Assembly (NCBI GenBank): GCA_004764695.1
Contig: SMSO01000031.1
Location: forward strand, 6,368,761 to 6,432,760
Direction of reading: 5' to 3'
DNA from: Schizochytrium sp. TIO01
Lineage: Eukaryota; Protista; Bigyra: Labyrinthulomycetes
DNA: 64,000 nucleotides
Positions 36,559 to 48,814 of this stretch are shown here, in pieces. The position numbers were made by a program, and so were the translations under genes. The notes beneath the pieces are model-generated. The model saw only the letters and a program-made list of their open reading frames with translations, searched no databases and was not told the DNA's origin. How positions within the stretch are numbered: position 1 is the first letter of the stretch; each line of letters opens with the position of its first letter.

Positions 36559-37273
36559 GAGTAGCAAATATTGATATCGAAAGAATTCGTGGCTGCTTAT
36601 ACCATGGCTCGACATTCTCTTTTTCAACGTTTGCTACAGCTAAATGGCTTGTCCAGGGGCTCGAAGAGGCCGACTCCTCGGCCTCAATGGCCTTCATTTT
36701 GTCGCGAAACTCGATTTGCGCGTCACTCAAGGGACGTAGATAGCTTGCAAATTCCATATACATATGAAGTCTACTTTGAGCAGAAATCAAAGCATAGTAC
36801 TGCCGGGACATAATCGTAACCTGTGCTTCGGTTAGCTCTGAGCGCGCCAGAAGTTCCTCCCATTGTGTATCGATATCCTCTAATTGATTCTCACTTTGGT
36901 TGTCGTCGAGATTCTCTTCAGTACTGCATTGTTCGGCCGGTGAGTCTGTGTCTGCTGATGGAAGCGGAATCCCTTTCTCTTGAAGAGCTTCTTCCAAGTC
37001 AGATATTATAGCAAGCTGTTTAGTCAAACTTGCTGCAGCGACTTGACGGCACGTAGCCTGCGCAGCTCGCGAACTTAAACCCAAAGCTTCAATAAGCTCT
37101 AGTGCGTAGTTAACCAACTCATCGTCTCCTAATTCATACTGTTTTGTCTTGCTTACTTGTACACTCTGCTTTGCGCAGGTTTGCCTTAAATCCTGACAGT
37201 CACTACGTTTTGCACTAGCGATTAGCGCTTGCTTTCCACGAAAACGCATCAAGGGCGAATGGATTTCCTTCAT
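36533..37273 (-). CDS. Hypothetical protein with C-terminal hydrophobic (tail-anchor-like) segment
   Basis: Long open frame (track start TTG at 37327; first ATG at 37273) with helical/acidic composition, ending ILSISIFATLMLRFFLQ. The 5' end may be spliced. Confidence 0.55.
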   Translation of the reverse strand: MKEIHSPLMRFRGKQALIASAKRSDCQDLRQTCAKQSVQVSKTKQYELGDDELVNYALELIEALGLSSRAAQATCRQVAAASLTKQLAIISDLEEALQEKGIPLPSADTDSPAEQCSTEENLDDNQSENQLEDIDTQWEELLARSELTEAQVTIMSRQYYALISAQSRLHMYMEFASYLRPLSDAQIEFRDKMKAIEAEESASSSPWTSHLAVANVEKENVEPWYKQPRILSISIFATLMLRFFLQ

Positions 37274-37893
37274 GTTTTGATCCTTCACTCCGCTCGATCG
37301 TGCTATGCCAAAAAATAATTCTGGCAAGCACTCAAGGTATCCCTTTGATTTAGAGATACATTATGTATCCGTTATTCATATACTCAAGGTTTTATTAGTA
37401 TTTCTATTAGCACCAAAGGGTGGCAGAACTCACACCACAAAGTCCCCCTATATCTTTAGGAAATGGTAGGGATTGGCGTGTAAATCATGAGCTTGAAAAG
37501 CGACCGGTAAGCAGCTGAATAGCACCTCCATGTCATATGCAACATCTAATATAATATTTGGCACAGCTCAAACTTTGAGATTTCTTTTATTCTTCAGGAT
37601 TGGAAAAAAAGAAAAGAAAAAGGGAACAAGAGGAATCTTTGGCCATTTGTGAAAAGAACAGAGCACAAGTACGAGGGAAGGAGATGAGAGATTATAAAAC
37701 ATCCTTGACATAATGTATAGAGCACTTCGAGGTGGAATTCACATAAATGAGTTGAGCCCCATGATGCAGTTCACATCGCTTGCAGTCAAATAGCACTTGA
37801 GCAAAGGGACAGATGTATCAGAGGCCCCTCAAAAGGGGAAAAGAAAGCGGATTAGTAAAGGCACATTTGAAAGCTAAATTAATAGCAAGATGG

Positions 37894-40662
37894 TTACACT
37901 TCGACACAACCGAAAGGGACAACGCCGCGCATTCCCTGGACAGAACCAACAGAAACAATGCCCATTCTATGAGCACGAATAGAGGAAAGCCACCAGTCGC
38001 GATCGACATCGGTGTCAGCAAGAAGTGAACACTCTCCAAGCTCTGGAGAGGTGATGCAGAAGAGACGATCAATATCCTCAAGCATGTTGGACAGCTTTTT
38101 AGCCGTAGTCGGTTTCCATAAACGAATGTGCTGGTCCAGAAGAATAACATGGGCGGCCTTGTGCTTCCGTGGGTGTGTGTAAAAGTATAAGCCGTCAGCA
38201 CGAAGAACAGCAAAATAGCGAGTCCATTCAACATTGCCCTTTGTGGCGTCACTAAGCAAAGCGCTTTCCATAATCGTCAAATAACCCGCGGCATAGCGAC
38301 GTGGGCGCATAGCGACATCACTGCAGTGTTGCTGAAGAGCCTCCGTCCAGCGAGACATCTCGATATGAGACTCCGCAGAGAAAAGAACTGCAGGGCGCCG
38401 CGCGTGCCAGATATGAAATTCGTGTACAATGCATGTGGAACGAGCGATTGCCGCGCCTCGAGCAGCGCCAGTTTGCTTCCGAAGAGTTTCTCGAGGGGAA
38501 GACACCACGCCACCTGATCCAGTAAGGTGTGGGCGGCGGACAACACGCACTTCAGTTCCGTCGATTGGAATACGACCACATGGACGGCGATCCCACTCAT
38601 TACGGAACAGAAGGAGCATAGAACCATGAAGCTGCACAACGCGAGCCTTCCAGCTTCGTGATGGTGCAATGCCAACAATATTACGGCGACGGAACTGCTT
38701 CACCAAAAGTTGGCCTGAGTGGGCATCCAAAGGAGGGCGAGTCACCACCATTTCCTTACCAGAACCTTGATTTGCTTCAGCGAGGTCAACATCATCAAGG
38801 TTAATAGGTTCGTTTGGACCGCATCCCTTATCCACAGTAGCATACGCCTTAGCACGCTTACGCTTAATCTTAATCACGGTGGGAACAGTCTCTTTTGACT
38901 TTGCCCGTTCCTCTTGAATCTGCCGCAATTGCTCGATCGTCTCATCAAGGTCTTCTCCACGAATAATAGCTAATACGTTCGCTTGACGAAGTTCATCTTT
39001 AAGACGCTCCATTTCATCACGCAAGATTGCTGCTTCCAAAGACGAAATGCCTTCACAAGCAGCATCATCTTCCTCATCATTACCAAAGAGCCCCCCTTCA
39101 GCAACCTCCGTCCTTGCTCTGGCTATTTCCTGAAATTCGTTGAGATCCTGCTCCAGGCTTGTAACCTTGTGTGCGCTCATCTGAGAATCAAGAGTGTGGC
39201 GTTGAAGAGCCTCCTCGAGAGATTTAATTTTCTTCTTGCTCCAAGCATTCTCTTCACGAACTGCGCTAAGGGTTTCGCGAAGGCGGTTCATATTACGGTT
39301 ATTCTTTGGTGTTCTGAAGCTGTTGGGGCTGCTGACAGATCCGGTTCCATAGGAATCATCATCCTCGTATTCTGAGTCGGAGTTATCTGCCGCGGCCTCC
39401 ATAACCTCATCAAGGTGCTGAAAGTGCCGAATAGCGGCAAGCTTTTCTTCCTCCGAGAGCTCCTTTGAGGGCTTTTCTTTGAATCCAGGGGAGAGAAGTC
39501 CTCCATCCCCATGCGACGCTCCGCGGAGAGTCTTTCGTGTAGGAGGGGACAAAGGTGAGGTTAAAAGTGCGAGCTCAGCTTGGCTCTTTTCTTGCTCAAG
39601 TGCCTGCACACGGAGGTTCGCTTCGTCGCGCTCCTCAATAAGTTCGCGGATGCGCTGCTCCAGTTGTGTGAAACTAGCACCATCGCGCAAAGCTTCGCGA
39701 TTGAAAGTCTCCAGCTTTTGAGCCAATCCAGCGGCACGGTCGTCAAGAACCTTGCACTCGGCGCGGGATTCGTCAAGAGCATCTTTTGTTCTTGCTATTT
39801 CTTTGCGCGCCTCGGCAAGATGCTCACTCAAGCGCCCGATTTGCTCACGCTGTTGTTGGACTTCACCAGCAAGGTCACGCGCCTCCTCCTTACTTTCCTG
39901 TTCTTGTTTAAGGAGTTCCTGGCCAATCTCTGCAGCTAGCTTCGCTTCATGTTGTGCGATTTCAAGTGCTGATTTGAGACGTGCTACTTCAGCATAGACG
40001 TCGTTGGCTACGCTGTGCGGGCTGTTGTTGCTATTACGGTTTCGGATGGAACTACAGTTGTACGCGGATGCAGCATTTTCCTTATCAAAGCTGTCCCGAG
40101 TTTTGGAATTGTTGCTTCCGTTGCAGCCAATATTGTTGCTATTGTGAAGGGAAAATTGATTGCGATGCTGCAAGTTGCCTGCGTTTGCCAGCGAGCCGCT
40201 GGCATTGTGGAGGCCTGTCATGGCCGTCGGCGAGGCGCCTCCATTGGCGATATGCTCAAGTTTGTCCCGGATTTGCTCCTCGCTCGCCTTAGATTCCATC
40301 ATGAGTTCTGTGTTCTGGCCAAAGTCTCTCCCGTTCTCATGATACACCGTTCCGCCACCGCTGTGATGTGCCTCTCGTCTTTCCGAGGTGTCTTGGTTGC
40401 TCGCGTTTACCTTGTTACTCTCGACCTTCTCTTCCTCACTATTATTACTGTTGTTGTTGTTGTTGTTGCTTTTGTTGCTCTTGTTGCTACTGTTGTTGTT
40501 ATTAATATAGCTGTTGCCGCCGACCTTGTAGCCGTCACTTCCGCCACAGGCTTCCTGCTGATCTCGCGCCTGCTGAGCCTGCTGCTGCTCCTGCTGCTGT
40601 CCGCTGCCAACTCCGAGCCCAAATGTTGTGCGTTTGCCGGTGGCCGGCATCGCTTGAAACAT
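37894..40662 (-). CDS. Coiled-coil protein with two C-terminal PH domains and Q/N-rich N-terminus
   Basis: 922 aa with long heptad regions. PH1: HSGQLLVK..SWKARVVQLHGSMLLLF..FSAESHIEMSRWTEAL. PH2: AGYLT..WTRYFAVLRADGLYFY..LLADTDVDRDWWLSSI. Confidence 0.88.
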   Translation of the reverse strand: MFQAMPATGKRTTFGLGVGSGQQQEQQQAQQARDQQEACGGSDGYKVGGNSYINNNNSSNKSNKSNNNNNNSNNSEEEKVESNKVNASNQDTSERREAHHSGGGTVYHENGRDFGQNTELMMESKASEEQIRDKLEHIANGGASPTAMTGLHNASGSLANAGNLQHRNQFSLHNSNNIGCNGSNNSKTRDSFDKENAASAYNCSSIRNRNSNNSPHSVANDVYAEVARLKSALEIAQHEAKLAAEIGQELLKQEQESKEEARDLAGEVQQQREQIGRLSEHLAEARKEIARTKDALDESRAECKVLDDRAAGLAQKLETFNREALRDGASFTQLEQRIRELIEERDEANLRVQALEQEKSQAELALLTSPLSPPTRKTLRGASHGDGGLLSPGFKEKPSKELSEEEKLAAIRHFQHLDEVMEAAADNSDSEYEDDDSYGTGSVSSPNSFRTPKNNRNMNRLRETLSAVREENAWSKKKIKSLEEALQRHTLDSQMSAHKVTSLEQDLNEFQEIARARTEVAEGGLFGNDEEDDAACEGISSLEAAILRDEMERLKDELRQANVLAIIRGEDLDETIEQLRQIQEERAKSKETVPTVIKIKRKRAKAYATVDKGCGPNEPINLDDVDLAEANQGSGKEMVVTRPPLDAHSGQLLVKQFRRRNIVGIAPSRSWKARVVQLHGSMLLLFRNEWDRRPCGRIPIDGTEVRVVRRPHLTGSGGVVSSPRETLRKQTGAARGAAIARSTCIVHEFHIWHARRPAVLFSAESHIEMSRWTEALQQHCSDVAMRPRRYAAGYLTIMESALLSDATKGNVEWTRYFAVLRADGLYFYTHPRKHKAAHVILLDQHIRLWKPTTAKKLSNMLEDIDRLFCITSPELGECSLLADTDVDRDWWLSSIRAHRMGIVSVGSVQGMRGVVPFGCVEV

Positions 40663-40754
40663 GGTCCCGGGTCTTCTTCGAGGTCTCGCTCCCGTTATAC
40701 TTTTCAGGATCCCTAGGACCCCCTACCTCCCCGCTAGGACCCCGCTCAGTGAGA

Positions 40755-40765
40755 GGAAAGAAAAG

Positions 40766-40812
<47 letters not shown>

Positions 40813-40833
40813 AATCAATCAATCAATCAATCA
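40755..40833 (+). repeat. Compound microsatellite (AAAG)n-(AATC)n
   Basis: Read directly. Similar short tracts: (CTAC)n ~5209-5232, (CACT)n ~5488-5510, (CTT)n ~27294-27321, (GATG)n ~41518-41541, (TCAA)n ~42578-42617. Confidence 0.9.
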
Positions 40834-42577
40834 AAAAAGAACGAAAGGAACAAAAGAACGAAGAACAGAGAGAAAGAAAGGAAAAGAGAAAGAGAAAGAG
40901 AAAGAAAGACCAAGAGCGATCCTCGCCAGCTCGCCCACTCTAACTAACGCTCCTCCTCCTCCTCTGCGGCTCCGGGGCGGCGATCGATCGATCGATCTAT
41001 CCTCGCCAGCCTCACCGGGAGCGGTTTCACCAATGGCTTCGAGTCCACGCCGGTGGTGCTGACCTGCAAACCCTCAACTCCTACAGTATCCGCTATGCGG
41101 CCCTAGGCGCCGCCCTCCTCGCTGGGGTCTCCTTCCCCAGAGCGTGGCCACGAGTGGGCTGCCCCACGAGACAAACTGTCGCCTCGCCCTCGCACGCGGC
41201 CGACGCGACGAGACGCGACGCGACGCGACGTGACGCAGCCGAGGCGGTCCCCAGCACGGCGAGCGACCTTCTTCCCTCCCAGCCAGCCAGCCAGCCAGCG
41301 ATTGCGCCCGCGCCACGGCAGGTCCCGAGCCCAGCGAAGAGCACTTGCTTGGGCAAAGTACCGCGCCACGAAGGACTGGGATTACGCGTGTGCTAGCGAG
41401 GCCTACTGTTTAGGCTATGTGCGTAGAGGAGAGCTCCACCTGCTGTTTGTTGCTGTTGATGATGATGATGATGTTGTTGTTGTTGAAGTTGCAGCAAAGC
41501 TCTGCTCTTGCTTGGGAGATGGATGGATGGATGGATGGATGAATGAATGAATGCCTGTCTACCGAAGCGGAGCGCTGTTATAGTCTGGGGGTGAGGGCAG
41601 CGGTAATCTACGCGAGAAGAGATCGATTAGGTCGGTGGGATTGGACCAAACTTTGGCAGGGAGGTGTGCGTGGATGTTTTCCTTGATCGAGTGCTCGCTT
41701 GCTTGCTTGCTTGCTTACTTGCTCGCTTGCTTGCTCTCAGAGGTCGATGCGAACGATGAGTCTAGCAAGTGTTTTGCAACGGGCAGGACGGAGGAGGATT
41801 CGACAAACAAACGAACTCCTTCCCCAGCGCTGCCTCGTACAGCGGTTGCTTGCCTCACCCCAGAACCCCTCCTCAATGGAATCCTCAGCACGTCTGAGGA
41901 TCTGGGCAACGCGAACGTATGGGATCTTAAGCTGGCAATGACAGTGACGAATCTGGCAATCGCGAGATGCCTTCGGTAGCACCCGTAGTGCCACTTCTAC
42001 TGATCGATGAATCCCAAGCTTTATTTACAAACTCCTATCGAGAACCTCAGAAGAGAAGACCTCTTCTGCTACAACTAGTACCACTGCTGGCTGGGTATAC
42101 CACCCGAACCTGCAATTGCAGTCGATGACGAGAATTGCCCAAGTCCTCGGGAGGCTAGCCGTGCCCCGGTACTCTAGGTCAAAGCAAAAACTAGCTACTA
42201 CTGCGACCTCGTTCGCTCCCTCGCTCCAAGCCGCACTTGAGCTTGCCTGGCCTCTGGTCTCTGTCAGTCAGCCCAGCGCCCTTCCTCAGTTCCGGGTCTA
42301 CAGGAGCGACTGCGTTTGCGGAATGCGATGTAATGCAATGTAATGCAATTCGATAAGAGGTAATTAATTAATCAACGATCAACAATGGCAATACCTACCT
42401 ACCTACCTATACCTACTATTTCTTCGCTACCTACGATTTCTTCGAACCTACTTTAAGATCAAAGAGAGAGCAATGAAATGGAAGCAGCGATTGAACGAGT
42501 GAACGTGCGCAGCAATCCCAAGGAACCGAGTGAACAGAGGAGAAACGACGTCCACGACTGAGCAAGAAATGAATGCG

Positions 42578-42617
<40 letters not shown>

Positions 42618-45600
42618 GGATAACAAAAAAGAACGCGTTCTGCTCGGTTGCAAAGGACCTGCTCCAAAAAGAACACCGCCAGCCAAAGAAAGACTTTGAA
42701 GATTTCGAAGAGGGGAATCCCGCCCGCCCGAAGCCACCTGGCCGAAGCGAAGTCGAACTCGAGCGCCTACGCAGGTCGTGGCGCTGCCGTGGTCTCTCTC
42801 TCCGTGCGGTACAGTCACGACCCTTGGCAGCTTCACAAGCTCCCTTTGTCAAGGCCGAGGCTTGTAAATGCTTGACACGATCAACGATGGCTCCGCCAGA
42901 GTAGTGAAGGCTTGGGCTATGCGTTACGCACGTCGCGTTTGGGGCGATCGCCGGGGAACTTCGCGAGCTTACCTGCACTGGGGCCTTTGAACCTGGAGCC
43001 CCCCCTTGCTCTCGAAGCTTGACGGAGTTTGAGGACGACTTCTTCGATGGGGTTTGATCGATGCTTCGAATCAAACAGATCAGACGATGAGATATTTTTA
43101 GCACAGACTGGGAGACCTCTTTCTTCCCCAGCGGCAACCGACGCGTGCGGGGATAACCCGGGCCGACGTAGAGGTTCGGGAACTGTAATATATGCGTGCG
43201 TCTCCGTCTTCGTGTCCTCGCTCAAATCAATGCGAGTTCCGTGGCTCTCGACGGAGTTCTTTGCGAGGTTTGGAATTCTATCTTCATCTCTTGAAGACTC
43301 ATTTTTCGTACATCACAAAAATTTCAAATCGTTCCAAAAATGTTTGCAAACAAAAATCATTTGAATTTCTCTCTAAACCCCAATCTTTGCATAGCATCCA
43401 CATAAAACCCACTACCCACAGCTTATCCACTCCTCCACTGGACACTACACCTTTGTCCAGAACGCAACAATCCGTTCTGTCCCCTCACCCGCCCTTACTT
43501 CCTTCCTCCTCGCCCTGTTCTTTTCTTTCTTAAGCTGAACAGGTCTTTCATTCGCCCCACCCCCCTTTGCAATACAGTGATAATATGGGGGAACATGGGG
43601 AACTCATTTTGATTGGGGAATCGCACTACCCAAAACGAAACGGCTGGCGAAGAACGAAATTAGAACGGAACGGCGGCGCTAATAGGGAGGCGGCGCTGCG
43701 GGAAAAGAACACAAATATGGAAGCTTGGCACCGAGAATAGAAAAGTTTGAGGAGGTTTGAGCAAAGGAAGCACGTTTGTAGAGAACAACCAACTTGGATG
43801 GCATGTAGAAAGGCACGAACTTGAGGATGATGGATGGGATGATTGCCACGTGGTAGACATCGTCCACGACAGGATAAAACACTCACGCTTTGCGACCTCC
43901 TCGAGGCGCCTGATGGCATCGATTCGTCATTACACTTGAGGGTCATACACATCCAAGGCTGGAAAAGGACAGATCCTGTGGCTTCAAGTTCTGTGGAGGA
44001 CCCCTCGTAGGCTGGCTGCAAGGCGTCGGTCTAAGAGGGATAAACTTGTACATAAGTTCAAGTGTAAAGCAGCACCTAGGTAAACCTTTGGCCAGGGTCA
44101 AGGAGACGTAATGGATGGACTCTAGCGTCTTTGGTTACTTGAAGATGGTGTGCAGAGTTGGCGAGCAGCAATGCTATTTTTTGCACATGAATATTTGACG
44201 TTTCCTTTTGGCCGACTAGATTTTACACTCTACACAAGGCTGCTCAAATGGACATGCTTTGTACTTACTATTACCGTGGCTACTTGCGGATCGATTGCCT
44301 CTTTTTATGCTTATTAGCAGAGTCAGCGTTAGAATCACAGCGGATGCTCGGAATCGGCAAAAATACCTTGCTGACTGATGACTGTGCGTTCGCGAGGCTA
44401 GTCTCCATCCTGCACCTGCTTTAGATCAATATTTATTTTGCAAAGGACAGCAGATTAGAGAGCAATCTTAATTGAATAATTTTCCCGCGCAGAAGTGGCA
44501 TTGGACCCATGCTCGCTCGACAATCTTTGATGCTACAGTAGGAAAAATAGCGAACCTAACGCATTTCCCATCTTCCACCGTCAAAGTGGATTGTGTGCAG
44601 GTGTGAGTTCATTGCTGTGAGTCAATTTGGCAATAGATACTTACAACTTGACGAACTAGTAAATGTAGATGATTAAATGGATTTGCAGGGCCTTGCACAA
44701 ATGACTCCAAATGTGGTTCGAAATCCACTTCTCTCTTTGCAATACGAAACCGTCACTTTGCCTCTTGCGCATAGTACCGAGGTAGTAATAGTCGGTGATA
44801 GTTCCTACTAGTATTGGTGAAGCAGCTCCTCCAGTCTGCTTGGACTACCAGATCCCATTTTCTTGGCTGGTTTGGACTAACTCAACCCTTTACTAGCACT
44901 CTAGTTTCTTTCTAAAACACTCCCTACGGTGGTATGAGTGTCATTTGATGAATTCCGAACACAGGCATTGCACTCTTTAAGAATCATCGTTCATGTGCAT
45001 GCGTAAGGGAAATGTATCTTAGCCAATGAAATCAAGGGGAATGAATGGCCACCTCCTTCATTTTCGTTTCACAAGAATTCTTGGGCTCAGTATTCATTTA
45101 CAGGGCTTGATATTACGTGTCAAATGGCGAAGTATCTGTGTCACACAACTCCTCTCCTAGTGTGAGGGCCAAGAAGATAGAATTCCGATTTCTAATATTT
45201 CTTAAACTTACACTGTTTCCACAAAGTAAGATGCTTATAAGAACTTACGGCAAACATAACTACTGCTTATGACAAGCATAACTACTGTTGCGCTGGCAGT
45301 ATGCAAAGCCATCAAATTTCTCTGGCGGCTATGCTATTCCTAGGAATCAATCATCGCATTTTCCTCAGCACCTTCAGCGATGATGATAGGGGTTCCCCGT
45401 GCTTCTTACATTTACTACCTTTCACTCTCTAGAGGTTTTCCACAATCTAGACCTTTCATTGCTTTCATGTGTCAGACACACAAAATAAGTGATAGCGCAG
45501 GCATCAACTATCAGGGATTTAGTGACATTTCTCTCACCTTCGTTTTCTCTCGCGTCAATAATCCCAGTTCCACTGCAGTCATATCTATGCTCTGTGTTAT

Positions 45601-46070
45601 CATATCAACCTTTTTGGTCTCGCATCGGAGTCGAGAGCCCATTTTTCCTCTTCAAGCTTTTACTACGTATTGCTATAGTTGTACATAGCTTGTCACTACC
45701 AAAGATATATAGTATGACAGAATGATTTGGCCAAAAAGCTCAGTACTAAAAACGTCAAACCAGCGACGACTATCAAACTTCGACGGCCATCGATTCCCCT
45801 ATCTCCGCTGGTTGAGCATAGCCCTTGAAAGTTTGCCACCAGACACTGGCTCGGACAGTCTCCGTAGCGGCCTTTGGCGAGTATTGTCGTGAAGATTGAC
45901 CGCCTCTGTCTCTTGGAGGTGAAGTGCGGTGAGGTGGAGTAGAGTCCACGCTTTGAATTACTTCCATACATACAGTTCACAAACAACAAACGCAGCTCGC
46001 GTCAGTTCAAGCCTGACGTTGTTGCAACGAAGCTTGAGTGAAGCTTGGAGAGTTACACATTCAAACCAAG

Positions 46071-46924
46071 ATGCTCACCAGCACGCAGTCCGAGGGCCCC
46101 TTGCCCTCGGTAGTTGTCAGCTCCAGCAGTGCTGCGCCCGAAGGCGGTAGGAATAGTATTCGCTCTAGTCTGAGCAACAGCTTTAGCACGCACATGAACA
46201 GTATGCGCGAAGCCACATCTGGCGTGCGAACCGTTGTGGGCCTGCAAACTGAACAAGAGCGGGTAAGTTGACGTTGATGAATGATGAAAAAAATCAATGC
46301 ACGCAAAATTGTTATTTGCTTCTTCTCTAAGTTTAGCATATTCGATTATCTTTAGGATAATTACTGTCAGCCAAGCAAGATTCGTCACACAAATTCATCA
46401 CCTCTTGAAACTAGGGAGATCATGACTAACATATTATGTCCATGCTGTTTGTACAATGAATTGTTAATGATCGACAGAACGAGTCGTGCTTTCCTGATAT
46501 GAGCTTCCAGACCCGCATGTATGGCTGCCTGCTTTGCTTCATCACAGGTACCGTTCTTTCAATTCTCTCAACCTTGATGATTTGGACCGGCAACTACATT
46601 GGATTCGCCATTATTTATACCATAGGTAACGTTTTGGCAATCTTCGGTTCCATGTTTATGGTTGGTCCTAAGCGCCAGTGCCGTCTCATGTGGAAAGAAT
46701 CTCGTGCTGCCGCAACATTTATTTACTTGCTCGCCATGGCATGTACTTTGGTGATTGCATTTCTTGTCCACAACCCTACTATCCCGTGCCTGATTCTCAT
46801 TCTTATCCAAATGGCTGCTGCAACTTGGTATACCTTGAGTTTTATCCCATTCGCTCGTCAGACCATCCGCTCTGCTCTTGGCCTCGGCGGCGGAAGTGGC
46901 AGTGTTGGTGGCATCAATGTCTAA
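46071..46924 (+). CDS. SFT2: Vesicle transport protein SFT2/Got1 family; two exons (46071-46262, 46478-46924)
   Basis: GTAAGT donor at 46263, branch-like GACTAAC at ~46424 and CAG acceptor ending 46477. The phase-0 join gives ..QTEQER|NESCFPDMSFQTRMYG.. Motifs FAIIYTIGN, GPKRQ and WYTLSFIPFAR. 212 aa. Confidence 0.92.
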
Positions 46925-47404
46925 CTAAACAAGGAGAAGAATTATCAAACCTCTTTACCTTTGAGTCCCAGCCCATCTTACCAAGGTCATATCATCTCTC
47001 TAGGAATAGAGAAGACGTTGTTCTGTGTAACAACATCCATGCAGAGGATTTGCGCCACATTTGCGGTAAAGCTTGCAGATCACGCAAAGGTAAAGCTGTT
47101 TGCTTGAACAAATAAGCCTGGTTTATACTGCCGAACTACTCAAGATCGTTACTAGATTGATTGGATAGTTAACATTTGGCGGTCAAGCTACATATACATG
47201 ACCTTTAATGTCTCTAACTCCCATTAGGCTTCTTAGTCAAATGCAACTACACCACTACAACAAACCATACAAAATACAAACATACTCTTTTATCTTTCGG
47301 TTCCACTATTGCCATGAGTTTCATCTTCAAATCAAAAAGAAGAAAGACATGTGTGCTCTCAAATTACAGCGTCGAGAGTTTGCTAATTAAACCTATAACT
47401 CATT

Positions 47405-48814
47405 CTATCCAAGCAGACCTGCTGCAACTGCACTAGTCTGTGTGGGCATCATCTTGACTAAATTAGTGTCCTCTTCAGGAATACCAAACTCACGGAGCTT
47501 CTCTGTCAGAGTTCGAACAGTATCATTGTGTGTCTTCTGGATAAGTGCTAGCTTGTCTTCCATGTTGCGGATTGACAAGTCGTGCTCTTCAATAACACGA
47601 TCCAATTTTTGAGTTACGCTCTGCAACATGACTGGGTCAACATCTGCACAGAGGGTACGGATCTGCTGCAGTCTCTCCTCTTGTGTATGACGCATTTGAC
47701 CAATACGCTGCTCCAGCAATACGTTCTTAAATTCTGCCTTGCGTTGGACGTCGCTGATAGTTTCTTCAAAGGTGTCATAAATCTTATCACGCTCGAATTC
47801 TGTCGAGCGAAACTTTGTTTCCAACTCTTTATGTTTTGCACGAAGCGCTGTGAGATCTTCTTTGAGTCTTTTGAGTCTTGCTGTTGCGTATTTAAGACTA
47901 GTTTTGTCCTTTTCAAAGTCTTTCAGCTTGTGGCGTAGTTCTGCAACCTCTTTAACGGCAACGGCCAGTGGTTCACTTAGACGTTTATTCTGTTGTGCAA
48001 TCTCATACATGAGTTTCTGATTGGTTGTGGCCTTCTTGCGCATCTCAGATACTTCATCCTTTAGAGATCGGATAAGTTTTAGGTTGTCATGAGTAATGTC
48101 ATTGTAGTAGGTTTTAATCTGATGGAAAGCCTTGTCGTGATTTTTCATAAGATCATTAATGTGCAAGTTTTTCCTCTCCTCGATCTCGTGGATTTCAACT
48201 TTACGTCTTAACTCGAGGTCCTGACGAAGATCTTCAAGGTTATCTTCATACTTCTGACGCAAAGTTTCGAGGTTGTCCTCAAACGTTTCGTCAAGCTTGC
48301 TTAGATTCTTTTTGTGAGTATCTTGCATCTGTTTCACGGTATCCTCATTACTCAACTGAACTTCAAGGAGTTCCATTTTAAGACTCTTCTTGCCCTCCTT
48401 TAAGTTCACCACTCGTTGTTCATGGCTTTCGTTCTCCTCATTTTCATGTAAATCTCCTTCAGCAGCACTTTGTTTCATGTTATTTTTGTGCTCATACTCG
48501 AGGTGCTTCACTTTTTGAGCATACACACGAACTTCTACACGGTGATTTTCCTCGAGTTGTTCCATCTCTTTCTCCTTTGTAAGAATCTCCAGATCACATT
48601 GTTGCACGTCCTTCTTGGTAATGTCATAAAAGGTCTGGATGGTATCGCGCTCCACCTGCACGTAATTTCGGTCAGCACGAGCCTTCTCGACCTGCTTCTC
48701 AAGTTCCTCGATTGCGGCCCGAAGGTCTGCTTCTGGCATTTCATCAAACTCCGAAGGCTCTTCGGGCGGAGCCTCGTCAGCGCCCTTCTTGCCCTTCTTC
48801 GCCTTCTTACCCAT
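47405..48814 (-). CDS. GAS8: Dynein regulatory complex subunit 4 (GAS8/DRC4/trypanin)
   Basis: 469 aa coiled coil. RNYVQVERDTI, VEVRVYAQKVKHLEYEH, EIHEIEERKNLHINDLMKNHDKAF, YYNDITHDNLKLIRSLK. Confidence 0.95.
   Translation of the reverse strand: MGKKAKKGKKGADEAPPEEPSEFDEMPEADLRAAIEELEKQVEKARADRNYVQVERDTIQTFYDITKKDVQQCDLEILTKEKEMEQLEENHRVEVRVYAQKVKHLEYEHKNNMKQSAAEGDLHENEENESHEQRVVNLKEGKKSLKMELLEVQLSNEDTVKQMQDTHKKNLSKLDETFEDNLETLRQKYEDNLEDLRQDLELRRKVEIHEIEERKNLHINDLMKNHDKAFHQIKTYYNDITHDNLKLIRSLKDEVSEMRKKATTNQKLMYEIAQQNKRLSEPLAVAVKEVAELRHKLKDFEKDKTSLKYATARLKRLKEDLTALRAKHKELETKFRSTEFERDKIYDTFEETISDVQRKAEFKNVLLEQRIGQMRHTQEERLQQIRTLCADVDPVMLQSVTQKLDRVIEEHDLSIRNMEDKLALIQKTHNDTVRTLTEKLREFGIPEEDTNLVKMMPTQTSAVAAGLLG

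Noticed and set aside
40015-43533. Many overlapping 80-230 aa ORFs
   Set aside because: They arise from antisense frames, GC-rich promoter DNA and microsatellites, with no domain signal.
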